From NCBI GenBank assembly GCA_041741015.1, contig JBGSKX010000303.1:4539-68538 (forward strand): a stretch of DNA of 64,000 nucleotides, read 5' to 3'. The stretch comes from Pirellulales bacterium (GTDB lineage: Bacteria > Planctomycetota > Planctomycetia > Pirellulales > PALSA-1355). Of this stretch, positions 16,202-25,251 are shown piece after piece. Under the pieces are notes generated by a model. That model ran no database searches. It saw only the letters and a program-made list of their open reading frames with translations, and was not told the DNA's origin. Made by a program: the position numbers and the translations under genes. How positions within the stretch are numbered: the first letter of the stretch is position 1; each line of letters opens with the position of its first letter.

Positions 16202-17042
16202 CGCGAATGCGCTTGGCCTCAGTTAGGAGTCGTTCCAGTTCGGTTGCATCCTGATTCTCGAGGGCAGCGTGCCACGCCTCGAGTTCGCCGCGAAACTGCG
16301 CGAGCGCGGCGAGTACGTTGTCTCGATTCGAAAGCAGAATCTGTCGCCAAAGGGCAGGGTCGCCGCCGGCAATCCGCGTCGTATCCTGCCATCCGCCCGC
16401 CGTAAGCGTAACGTACCGCTCGGGGGTCGTACCCGCAATGGCCGCCGCCAGGAGGTGCGGTAGATGGCTTGTCACCGCAAGCGCCTGATCATGCTCAGCG
16501 GCCGTCATATCGATGACGCGAGAGCCCAACGAAGTCCAGAAATCCTTGAGCCGCGTCAGGTTTGCCTTAGTGTTTTGGGCCGTTGGGGTGATGACCACCG
16601 CGCGGCCTTCGAACAGATCTGGCCGAGCGTGCTGGGGACCTTTCTTCTCATTTCCCGCAATCGGATGACTGCCGATGAATTCGACATCCCCCGGCCAAGT
16701 GAGGTTCTCTGCCGCCGCGAGTGACTGCACGATGTCGAGTTTCGTGCTGCCGGCATCCGTCAGCAAAGTTCCGGCGCGACAGGCTGGTGCCAGCCGTTTC
16801 ACGACGTCGACGATATGGCCCACTGGAGCACAAACGATGATCAGATCGCTGTCCGCCACGGCTGCTTCCGCCGTATGGGCAAGTTCAGAGATAGCCCCGA
16901 TTCGTTTGGCTTCGGCCAGTGTCTCAGGGCGGGAGCCAAAACCAAGAACCCTGATGTCGGGATTCCGCCGGCGCAGGGCCAATCCGATCGATCCACCGAT
17001 CAATCCGACCCCAACAATGGTGACACAACGAAGAGTGGTCAT
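16185..17042 (-). CDS. tyrA: Prephenate (arogenate) dehydrogenase
   Basis: ATG at 17042 ([23 protein letters not shown], a Rossmann motif). ..[12 protein letters not shown].. is typical of TyrA. Its 3' end overlaps the purL start by 17 nt. Confidence 0.85.
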   Translation of the reverse strand: MTTLRCVTIVGVGLIGGSIGLALRRRNPDIRVLGFGSRPETLAEAKRIGAISELAHTAEAAVADSDLIIVCAPVGHIVDVVKRLAPACRAGTLLTDAGSTKLDIVQSLAAAENLTWPGDVEFIGSHPIAGNEKKGPQHARPDLFEGRAVVITPTAQNTKANLTRLKDFWTSLGSRVIDMTAAEHDQALAVTSHLPHLLAAAIAGTTPERYVTLTAGGWQDTTRIAGGDPALWRQILLSNRDNVLAALAQFRGELEAWHAALENQDATELERLLTEAKRIRDAVGS

Positions 17043-17133
17043 GGACAGCCGCGATTGTAGCAAATCCAACCTCGACTGGGCAGCGGGCGAAAAAGCGGAC
17101 TCGGCGACCGCGCCGAAGTCCGAGAACGCCGCT

Positions 17134-18501
17134 CTAAAGCTGGTCTTCATTTGGCGGAGGCGTGAGCAGCGGTCGATTCTTGGCCAGGTACTGGGCCAGG
17201 AAATCGCTGATCGCGTAGGCCGGGGCAGCGCCCACAGTTTCACGGGCGGCCACGTTCTCCACGCCGAGCACATCGGTCTCCGCTTCCAGCTTCTGCCGCC
17301 GAGCCGAGACTTCGTTCTGCGCAATCAGCGGCAAGTATGCCGACTTGCAGGCTTCGACGCACTGCTGATGGATTTCGGCCGGCAGACGCACGTTTTGCAG
17401 CGTGACGTCCAGGATTTCAATCCCATACTGCGACACCCGTTGACGGAGCGTCTCGAAGATTCGGCTGGCCAGCGTGTCGGTCCCGGAGCGATAACCGCGG
17501 TCCGACGGACTGAATTGCGAGTTTTCCGGGACATTGATCTGCACCTTATTTCGCAACTCAGGTGGCAGGTCGGCCGCGACCTGATCAGCGACAAGCAAGC
17601 CAGTGCTGATCCTGGAAACGACGGCCCGTGTCTGTTCCTCGGCCGTCCAGCGAAGCCACTGCACGGCAAGTTCAAGCTTCCGCCGAGAGTCGATCTCGTG
17701 GGGTATGGGTGCGGAACCGGGAGCGACGAGAGTCGGCGAAATCGTCTGGAGATGGTCGGTCGCTCTGTGCAGTTCCGTACTGACCAGCAGATAGAAATGT
17801 TCAAGCGACATGATTCGCCATTTCATCGTGCCGCGCACGGTGATAGGCAGGTATTCGCGAGTCAGTACGTCGTGATCTTCAAACAACAGCGACTGCGGTT
17901 CGAGTGGCACGCGAAGCGCGATCTCCTCGCCGAACATCGGATAAATCAGCTTGATGCCACCACCGTCGTGAAGGTTGTCGTCAACGTAGCTCACGATCTT
18001 GTTCCGCAGGATCACGACGCCCTGTGTCGGATTCCACGCCGTCAGCTTCAACAGTCCGAACAGCAGTGGTTGATCTCCTTGTTGCAAGACTCGCGATTTG
18101 GCAGTGAGCAGAATGACGCTGTGGCCGATCAACGCTACTGTCAGCACGACGAGGGCCGCCATGGCCGGCAATCCGAGCGAAGGCATAAATGCCAGAAGCG
18201 CCACCGACGCAACAAACGCCAGCGCCCACACGACCATGTAAACAATCAGTACTTGGCCAATGCCGGTACTCGTGGGATAACCTCGCTCCGCTTGTGTGAA
18301 GCTCTCAATGGGTCCGCTGCGGGCGCCAGGTGGCGCGAGGATCGGCTCAGCAAATGTGCGGGGAGCGTTATCGAGGGTGGCCGGAGTTGGGCCGGGAACG
18401 ACGATCGGCCGGTTGCACTTGGGGCAACGAAACCGCTTGCCCGCCTGCTTCGCATCGGCGGAAACTCGCTGCCCGCATTCGCAACGCAGTTCGATGGGCA
18501 C
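17134..18501 (-). CDS. Zinc-ribbon / 2-TM / SPFH (band-7)-domain membrane protein
   Basis: N-terminal CxC..CPxC ribbon (RCECGQRVSADAKQAGKRFRCPKCNRP). Two TM helices follow. The SPFH-like C-terminal half includes YGIEILDVTLQNVRLPAEI and a coiled tail. I chose GTG at 18501 because AGGAG lies 7 nt upstream. The ORF is open to 18771, but that start would overlap the divergent gene at 18680. Confidence 0.75.
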   Translation of the reverse strand: MPIELRCECGQRVSADAKQAGKRFRCPKCNRPIVVPGPTPATLDNAPRTFAEPILAPPGARSGPIESFTQAERGYPTSTGIGQVLIVYMVVWALAFVASVALLAFMPSLGLPAMAALVVLTVALIGHSVILLTAKSRVLQQGDQPLLFGLLKLTAWNPTQGVVILRNKIVSYVDDNLHDGGGIKLIYPMFGEEIALRVPLEPQSLLFEDHDVLTREYLPITVRGTMKWRIMSLEHFYLLVSTELHRATDHLQTISPTLVAPGSAPIPHEIDSRRKLELAVQWLRWTAEEQTRAVVSRISTGLLVADQVAADLPPELRNKVQINVPENSQFSPSDRGYRSGTDTLASRIFETLRQRVSQYGIEILDVTLQNVRLPAEIHQQCVEACKSAYLPLIAQNEVSARRQKLEAETDVLGVENVAARETVGAAPAYAISDFLAQYLAKNRPLLTPPPNEDQL

Positions 18502-18679
18502 CAATTGGCTCCTAAACCTGACCGAGCAGGTCCCCCGAGATTTGTGGACTACCTCAAATCTATGAGCAGCGAGGAGTGTTTGCAAGTTTGCGGAACACTC
18601 GCCCGCGTTTGAATACGACTCGTATCGTTCATGCTCGATAGTAGTTAAGCTAAAAGCGGGAAAAAGGGGGCCGTTTGAA

Positions 18680-19720
18680 ATGCTCGGTGAATCACGAATC
18701 TCCACGAAAGACCTGGCTGCCCTCTGCCGGCGCTTGGGCACCGCCTTGGGGGCCGGCGTCGACATTCGCAATGTGTGGACGCGCGAATCGAAGAATGCGC
18801 ATGGCTCTGCACGGCGCGTCTATGGCGATGTTCGCGACGCTGTCGCGCGAGGCTCGTCGGTCAGCGAGGCGCTCGACCGAACAGGTAAGTACTTTCCAGA
18901 AATGTTTCGTGAACTGGTCCGTGTGGGTGAAGAGTCCGGGCAGCTTCCCGAGGTCTTTAGGCAGTTGGCAGACAACTACGAGCATCAGTTGCAGATGCGG
19001 CGGAATTTCCTGGGTGCAATCGCCTGGCCCGTGTTTGAACTGGTCTTCGCCCTGGGTGTCGTGGGGATCGTCATTTACGTAATGGGTGCGATCCCGCAGC
19101 TGCAAAAATCCGGTGTCGACCTGATTGGGTTCGGGCTGCGCGGTGGAAGCGGGCTCCTGGTCTACGTGACGATCCTAGGGCTAATTGCTGGTGGGGTATT
19201 TGTTATCTATCGCGCGACAACTCGGGGCGCGATATGGGTCACGCCGGTACAGCGTTTTCTGATGCGGGTGCCCAAACTCGGAAGCGCGCTTGAGACGTTC
19301 TCACTCGCCCGTTTGACCTGGGCGATGTACGTCACCTTGAATACGGGAATGGATACCCGCAAGGCCTTGGCACTTTCACTGGCGAGCACCAGGAATGTGC
19401 TTTATACGCAGCATACGGACAGCGTCCTGCGTTCTATTCGGGCCGGCCGCGACATTCACGGTACGTTGTCCGAAACGGGTGCCTTCCCGCACGCATTTTT
19501 AGACGCCGTCGAGGTCGGTGAAGAAAGCGGTACGCTTGCCGAAACGATGGCCAATATGTCGAACCTCTATCAGGAAGAGGCTCGCATGGCCATGCGGGTG
19601 ATTGCCGCCGTGATGGGTTTTCTTGTTTTCGTGCTAGTCGCCATAATTATCATCTTCTTCATCTTCCGAATCGCGAGCGCCTACATCGGCATCTTGAATG
19701 AGGCGGCAAGCCCCATTTAG
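18680..19720 (+). CDS. Type II secretion / type IV pilus platform protein F family (GspF/PilC-like), orphan
   Basis: Two T2SS-F-type repeats are present (STKDLAALCRRLGTALGAGVDI.. and LARLTWAMYVTLNTGMDTRKAL..), together with three TM segments. AAGGGGG lies about 10 nt upstream of the ATG. Confidence 0.85.
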   Translation: MLGESRISTKDLAALCRRLGTALGAGVDIRNVWTRESKNAHGSARRVYGDVRDAVARGSSVSEALDRTGKYFPEMFRELVRVGEESGQLPEVFRQLADNYEHQLQMRRNFLGAIAWPVFELVFALGVVGIVIYVMGAIPQLQKSGVDLIGFGLRGGSGLLVYVTILGLIAGGVFVIYRATTRGAIWVTPVQRFLMRVPKLGSALETFSLARLTWAMYVTLNTGMDTRKALALSLASTRNVLYTQHTDSVLRSIRAGRDIHGTLSETGAFPHAFLDAVEVGEESGTLAETMANMSNLYQEEARMAMRVIAAVMGFLVFVLVAIIIIFFIFRIASAYIGILNEAASPI

Positions 19721-19735
19721 CACGCAATAACGGAT

Positions 19736-21076
19736 TTAAGCGGCGCGGGCAGTCGCAGGTTGTACTGGCTCGAGTTCAACTAGCGCGACCTGGTGCCGCC
19801 GCGGCGGCTTGGCCCATAGCGAAAGAAGGGCTATTGGCACGGGAAGTACCGCGAAAGTCAGCAGCGACAGGCCAAATTCGCCGGTAACGTCGTGCGTCAC
19901 GCCCGCAACCAGTGGTCCGAGGCTGGACGAAGCAACGTTCATGGTCGCCAACACGCCGCGGATCTTGCCGAGATGACGACGACCAAAATAGCGTGCCCAC
20001 AGCGGTTGGGCCGCGCCGAAGAAGATTCCTTGGGACGCGCCGAGCAGTCCGGTGGCAAAGGCCGCCGTGCTGGCCGACACGGTGCTGTTGATGATGAACA
20101 CGCCAGTCGCCATGCCCGCCAGTCCGACGGCGAGTAGAAACCGCGAGGGAAGGTGGTCGGCAAGGGTGCCGCCAATGAGTTGCATCACGGCCAGGCTGCC
20201 GGCAAATGCGGTGAGGGCGACGGCCGCATCCTGATCCGTCAGTCCACGTTCCTGGAAAATTGGCACCACGCAAAAGAAAATCGCGGTATGGACCAGGGAG
20301 AAACATGCGCTGCCCGCCGCCACGACCCAAAAAGAGAAAGTGCTTCCGGCCTGTTCAAGCGTCAGCCCCCACCAGAAGTCCGCCGGGAGATGATCGTCAC
20401 TATCGGGGCTGCCACCGTCAAGTCGCTGGCCGACATCCTCCGGCCGATTGCGATAGTTGAAATAGAAAAGTGGAAAGGCGACACACCAGATCGTTATGCC
20501 GAGCAATGCATAGCTGCCGCGCCAGCCGAATGCCGAGAGCATCCAAAGATTGATCGTGGGAATGAACAGCATTGCCGCCGCCATCCCAAACAGGCGGATT
20601 CCCTCGACCATGCCCAGGCGGCGCTCGAACCAGTACGGCAACGTATTGCCGCTCGTGAAACCCAGCGCGCCCGGCCCGAGCATTCGAAGCAGCGTGAATG
20701 AGATGGCCAGCGTCACCCAGCCTTGTGCGAAGGATGTGACCACGCAGGCGATACAAAACAGAGTTAACGTAATGAGGGTCGTCAGCCGGATGCCGTGGCG
20801 ATCCATGAGCCAACCGACATACGTAATCGGCAAGGCTCCAATGAGCGTCCCAAGCATATACGCGGCCGTCAGCTCGCCATAGCTGAGTCCCAGCGAAAGC
20901 CGCATTGGCTCGTTAAAGATTGAAACGCCGAACGTCTGGCCCGGAGAGCTGGCAACGAGGGCCGCCATTGATAGCGGCACCATGATCCAACCGTAGAAGA
21001 TTGAGGGCGCGCGACGTGACGTTTTTGTCGCGGGAACGGAAAGGCAGCTTTCTGACAGCACGCTCGTCGAGTCCAC
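19736..21076 (-). CDS. MFS transporter
   Basis: 12-TM-like pattern with the MFS loop signature VGWLMDRHGIRL. The start codon is GTG. Confidence 0.85.
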   Translation of the reverse strand: MDSTSVLSESCLSVPATKTSRRAPSIFYGWIMVPLSMAALVASSPGQTFGVSIFNEPMRLSLGLSYGELTAAYMLGTLIGALPITYVGWLMDRHGIRLTTLITLTLFCIACVVTSFAQGWVTLAISFTLLRMLGPGALGFTSGNTLPYWFERRLGMVEGIRLFGMAAAMLFIPTINLWMLSAFGWRGSYALLGITIWCVAFPLFYFNYRNRPEDVGQRLDGGSPDSDDHLPADFWWGLTLEQAGSTFSFWVVAAGSACFSLVHTAIFFCVVPIFQERGLTDQDAAVALTAFAGSLAVMQLIGGTLADHLPSRFLLAVGLAGMATGVFIINSTVSASTAAFATGLLGASQGIFFGAAQPLWARYFGRRHLGKIRGVLATMNVASSSLGPLVAGVTHDVTGEFGLSLLTFAVLPVPIALLSLWAKPPRRHQVALVELEPVQPATARAA

Positions 21077-21262
21077 GGTTAACGAAGTCAGGGGGCAGGA
21101 TCATTCTTGATTGCCCCGATTCCTGCAAGGGAGATTCCAGAGGGAGCAGATCGCCGCGAAAAGGTTCGCGTGCGAAATGCTAGTGCATCTCTGTTACGCC
21201 GCGGTTTGCCGCATGTGAGCATTCAATGGGCGATGCAAGTTTCTCGCGAATGCGCGAAAGTG

Positions 21263-22174
21263 CTAGCGGTCGGAATAACGCTGGGCTTGGCCGACGATGT
21301 CGAGGCCCACACGCTCGCTCCAAGACGCAATACAAGATGAAAAAGTCGGTCCGGGCTGTCCAGATCCGACCGGCTCACCGTTGACCAAGGTGACAGGCAG
21401 CATGCACGGGGAAGTGCTCGTGAGGAAAACCTCGTCGGCGCCGACGACATCCTCGATGCGGATGTCTCGATGGCATGCGGGGATCTCCAGATCGGCCGCG
21501 ATGGATAGCAGTTCAGCCTGGCTAATCCCAGGCAGCACTTTTTCGGCTGGCGGAAGTAGCAGTCCGTCCTTGTGTCGATAGAGAACGATGTTGGCTGTGG
21601 TGGCCTCTACAACAAAGCCCGCATGGTCAATCATGATAGCTCGACTACCGGGGTGCAGCCGCCGGGCCCGCTGGTCAGCGAGATAATAGTGCATCCGGCT
21701 ACGACACTTCAATTCCGGCGGCCAGCAATCGTCGGGCACTTGCCGAACGTCTGTGGTGGCGAGAGCTTCGCCATGTTTGTACTTGTCGGCCCATTGGCTG
21801 AATCGCAGCGGAAACGAATGCAGGCAAACCGTCGCTCGAGGAACTTCTCTGATCATCGCGGCATACGGACCAGGCGTTACGAACATCGCCAGCCCCAGGT
21901 CATCGCCCGCCGAGAGCAGCTGATAGTTATGATGCACCAGAGTTTCGGCCGCGGCGACGAACTCCGGCCGCGTCATTACCGGGTCGACATTCACGATCGA
22001 AAGTGAATGAAATAAGCGATCGATATGATCCGTGAGTCGAAAGAGTTGGCCGCCGAACGTTCGTAGTTGTTCGGCGACCGTCGTACCCTGCACGAAACCG
22101 CCATCGTAGACTGGCAGCAATGCCTGCGATGCGGGGACGAATTGGCCATTCAGAAACGCAAGTGGCTCAGTCAT
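21263..22174 (-). CDS. Class IV (fold-type IV) PLP aminotransferase family protein (BCAT / D-amino-acid aminotransferase / ADC-lyase-like)
   Basis: MTEPLAFLNGQFVPASQALLPVYDGGFVQGTTV.., VEATTANIVLY and LPGISQ motifs are typical of the family. Its ATG directly abuts the upstream stop (TGAATG). Confidence 0.88.
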   Translation of the reverse strand: MTEPLAFLNGQFVPASQALLPVYDGGFVQGTTVAEQLRTFGGQLFRLTDHIDRLFHSLSIVNVDPVMTRPEFVAAAETLVHHNYQLLSAGDDLGLAMFVTPGPYAAMIREVPRATVCLHSFPLRFSQWADKYKHGEALATTDVRQVPDDCWPPELKCRSRMHYYLADQRARRLHPGSRAIMIDHAGFVVEATTANIVLYRHKDGLLLPPAEKVLPGISQAELLSIAADLEIPACHRDIRIEDVVGADEVFLTSTSPCMLPVTLVNGEPVGSGQPGPTFSSCIASWSERVGLDIVGQAQRYSDR

Positions 22175-23203
22175 TCACACGGCGGGGGTAGTAGTTGCTG
22201 AAGAGTAAAGTCGCCCTTGAAAAGTGTTTCGCCGCTCGAGTTCGGCTTCGAAGGCCATACGCACGGCCGCTTTGTCCAGGCACCAAGCAGGACCGACAAA
22301 GTAATCGGGCGGGGCATCGCCGCTGATGCGCTCAATCAGCATCGTCGGTGGCAGGACTTCAAGAAAATCAATAAGAGTCGTCAGGTATTCATCTCGTTCC
22401 ATGAGTGACACTTCACCGCGAGCAACCTGGTCGGCGAGCGGCGTATTCCTGACCGCATACAAGTTATGGATCTTCACCGCATTCAGTCCAAGGCGTGCAG
22501 TCTCGTGAGCCGTAGCTATCATATCGGCATACGATTCGCCGGGCAGGCCCAGCATGATGTGGGCGCATATCTCAAAAGAGCGGCGACGGCTCCGTGCCAT
22601 GGCGTCTATCATCGCGTCGTGATGATGCCCGCGGTTCATCCAATCGAGCGACCGATCATGCATCGTTTGCATACCGTATTCCACGGAGAGGTACGTCTTC
22701 CGACCGATCTCGTCGAGCAACGCGAGCACGTCGTCCGGCACACAATCGGGCCGGGTGCCAATCGCCAGGCCAACGATAGCCGGGTGACCAAGGGCCTCTT
22801 CGTAGACCTCTCGCAACCGATCGACCGGCGCGTAAGTGTTTGTGGCCGGTTGGAAGTAAGCAATGAATCGATCGACTTTGTGGTAACGGAGGCGAAGCTG
22901 CCGGATGCCTGCCTCAATTTGATCGGCGATCTGTCGGCGGGTGACGCGGCGACTGGGGCTGAAGCTGCGATTATCGCAAAACGCGCAGCCGCCAGTGGCT
23001 ACCGTCCCATCCACATTGGGACAAGTAAACCGGGCATCGATGCTGATTTTCTGGACCCGTGCGCCAAACCTCAGTCGGAGCTGTCGGTTGTAGCTGAAGT
23101 AACGCAGCCCAGCCGCTTGCCAATCGAACCGCTCAGGAGTGACCGAAACCGGAGGCATAGGACTCTCGAAAAAGCGGCCCCCAGCAAATCGGCAAGTGGC
23201 CAC
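22175..23203 (-). CDS. Radical SAM protein, TIGR01212 (YhcC-like) family
   Basis: The family-specific cluster motif FTCPNVDGTVATGGCAFCDN is present. The start is either GTG 23203 or ATG 23158. Confidence 0.88.
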   Translation of the reverse strand: MATCRFAGGRFFESPMPPVSVTPERFDWQAAGLRYFSYNRQLRLRFGARVQKISIDARFTCPNVDGTVATGGCAFCDNRSFSPSRRVTRRQIADQIEAGIRQLRLRYHKVDRFIAYFQPATNTYAPVDRLREVYEEALGHPAIVGLAIGTRPDCVPDDVLALLDEIGRKTYLSVEYGMQTMHDRSLDWMNRGHHHDAMIDAMARSRRRSFEICAHIMLGLPGESYADMIATAHETARLGLNAVKIHNLYAVRNTPLADQVARGEVSLMERDEYLTTLIDFLEVLPPTMLIERISGDAPPDYFVGPAWCLDKAAVRMAFEAELERRNTFQGRLYSSATTTPAV

Positions 23204-23361
23204 AAACCCTTATATTGCGTGTGTTTAATATCAGAAAATGGTTGACCAATCGCTGGTCGCTTCGTAGACTCAAAGATGTTAGACGCGTCTACGGACACGG
23301 AGTGTCCGCAGGTCGTTTATACGCGTTGCCCTAAGGTGTCACAAGCTAAAGACGGACGGAC

Positions 23362-23847
23362 ATGCACGGTGAATTAATTCCCGTCGGTGGAGGCGACCCA
23401 ATTCCGTTGATGAAGAAGAACCTGCTCGTAGGGCGCCGCGAAAGCTGCGACATCGTGCTTCGGTTCTCCAATGTCTCGGCTCATCACTGCCAGCTCTATG
23501 TCAATGGCGGCTATTGGTACGTCAAAGATTTACAGAGCCGAAACGGAATCAAGGTCAATGGAGTACGAGTGACTGAGAAACGTCTCGACCCGGGTGATGA
23601 AGTTTCCATCGCCAAGCATAAGTACGAGATGCAGTACTCGCCCTTTGACAACGGCGCGAGCGGTCCGCCCCCGCTCGATGACGACACGCAGAACGTCATG
23701 AAGCAATCGCTTCTGGAGCGAGCCGGACTGGCCTACCGGGCGAACAAGCCAGGTGAGGCTCCGAAGGAACCAAAACGCGTTGGCGGTCGGTACGACATTC
23801 TCGACGACGGCGAGGGGCAGATTAAGGACCCGAATCGTCCCGTCTGA
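23362..23847 (+). CDS. FHA-domain protein
   Basis: FHA core: LLVGRRESCDIVLRFSNVSAHHCQLYVNGGYWYVKDLQSRNGIKVNGVRV. The C-terminal tail looks disordered. Confidence 0.85.
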   Translation: MHGELIPVGGGDPIPLMKKNLLVGRRESCDIVLRFSNVSAHHCQLYVNGGYWYVKDLQSRNGIKVNGVRVTEKRLDPGDEVSIAKHKYEMQYSPFDNGASGPPPLDDDTQNVMKQSLLERAGLAYRANKPGEAPKEPKRVGGRYDILDDGEGQIKDPNRPV

Positions 23848-23905
23848 GTCTGGAGTGCAGATGTGCGGAATTCGAAGCATCGAACTCGGCGGATACACTC
23901 GCTGA

Positions 23906-25045
23906 ATGGCGGCTAAAAAGAAGCATAAAATCCGCACCGAATTTCGCAAGAACCGTACCGATCGGGCGCGGTCCGATCAGTGGACTCGTCGCTTTCAGAC
24001 GGCCGACGCTGAGACCGACGACAGCACGGACAAGGGCGAACGGATCGGGAAAAGTGAACAGAGCCGCCGCCGGACTGTGCTCGTCGAAGGCACCGAAGCC
24101 GACGGCTCGCTGCAGCTTGGCGTCGACCTCGCATCCGTCGAGCTTGGCCGAGTTTTGGCCGTACAGGGGCTGCTGAGCACGGTTCAGGATGCTTCTGGCG
24201 CGATTCGCAAATGCGCGACGCGACGTTTGCTCAAGACGATGTCCACGAATGAGCGTCACGTCGTCGCAGCTGGCGATTTTGTGATGTTCCGGCCGGTTGG
24301 CGCTGATGAAGGCATCATCGAACGAGTTGAGCCGCGAAGGACTATTCTGAGTCGTGCAACTCGCGGACGGCAACACATTCTAGTCACTAACGCCGACCAA
24401 TTGCTGATCGTTGCCAGTGCGGCTGAACCATACATCAAGCCGAATCTCATCGATCGATTCCTGATCAGCGCTCACAAGGCGGGACTGCGCCCTCTTATTT
24501 GCATCAACAAAATCGACCTGGTTGACCCAGCATCGCTTATGCCGCTGGTGGGCACGTACAGCCAAATGGGGTATCGGGTGCTGCTACTTTCGGCTGCTAC
24601 CGGCTACGGAGTAGTTCGCTTACGTCGAGAACTCGCTGATGTGGCCAGCGTGGTCGCGGGGCAAAGCGGCGTTGGCAAGTCGTCGCTACTCAATGCCGTC
24701 GATCCGCAACTCTCCTTGCGGACGGCTGCCATCAGCGCTGAGACACAGAAAGGAAAGCACACGACCACCACGGCAAGTTTGTTGCCGCTTTCGAGTGGAG
24801 GATACGTGTTCGATACGCCCGGCATCCGACAGTTTCAATTGTGGGATGTGATTCCTGCAGAGGTTGCCGCATACTTTCGCGATCTGCGACCATACATCAA
24901 TCGCTGCCGCTATCCAAATTGCACGCACACGCATGAAGTCGATTGCTCAGTGAAAAACGCAGTGTCGGACGGTTGGCTCGATTTGCGGCGCTACGACAGC
25001 TATTGCCAGCTGTTCGCCGGGGAGGACTCCGGAGTCCATGCCTGA
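23906..25045 (+). CDS. rsgA: Ribosome small-subunit-dependent GTPase A
   Basis: Circularly permuted GTPase motifs: INKIDL, GQSGVGKSSLLN and DTPG. The C-terminal zinc cluster is CRYPNCTHTHEVDC. Confidence 0.9.
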   Translation: MAAKKKHKIRTEFRKNRTDRARSDQWTRRFQTADAETDDSTDKGERIGKSEQSRRRTVLVEGTEADGSLQLGVDLASVELGRVLAVQGLLSTVQDASGAIRKCATRRLLKTMSTNERHVVAAGDFVMFRPVGADEGIIERVEPRRTILSRATRGRQHILVTNADQLLIVASAAEPYIKPNLIDRFLISAHKAGLRPLICINKIDLVDPASLMPLVGTYSQMGYRVLLLSAATGYGVVRLRRELADVASVVAGQSGVGKSSLLNAVDPQLSLRTAAISAETQKGKHTTTTASLLPLSSGGYVFDTPGIRQFQLWDVIPAEVAAYFRDLRPYINRCRYPNCTHTHEVDCSVKNAVSDGWLDLRRYDSYCQLFAGEDSGVHA

Positions 25046-25251
25046 ACTAGTCAGCGGCGAGCAGTGTCTAGACTATTTCCGAACAGTGTTTTTCGCAGGA
25101 ACTATCCACGAATCGAACAAAAGTGCCTACTTCGAGTAGAATTAGATGGCTAGTTCGGCTGACAGGACTTATGGAAACCGTGCATCTCTGAAGTCTCTTA
25201 AGATCGGGGCGACTCGATATTCGTCGCCGTGGCACCACGTTAGGAAAAAAT

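Noticed and set aside
14108-16405. A 765-aa plus-strand ORF
   Set aside because: It is the antisense shadow of purL, which has unmistakable motifs. No recognisable motif is present, and the Arg/Ala/Gly bias is typical of GC3-driven open frames.
16675-18612. A 645-aa plus-strand ORF
   Set aside because: It is the antisense shadow of tyrA and the SPFH gene. Its composition has the same artefact signature.
18502-18771. A 90-aa N-terminal extension of the SPFH ORF
   Set aside because: It would overlap the divergent GspF-like gene by about 90 nt. The internal GTG at 18501 has AGGAG at ideal spacing and begins exactly at the zinc ribbon. The start remains uncertain.
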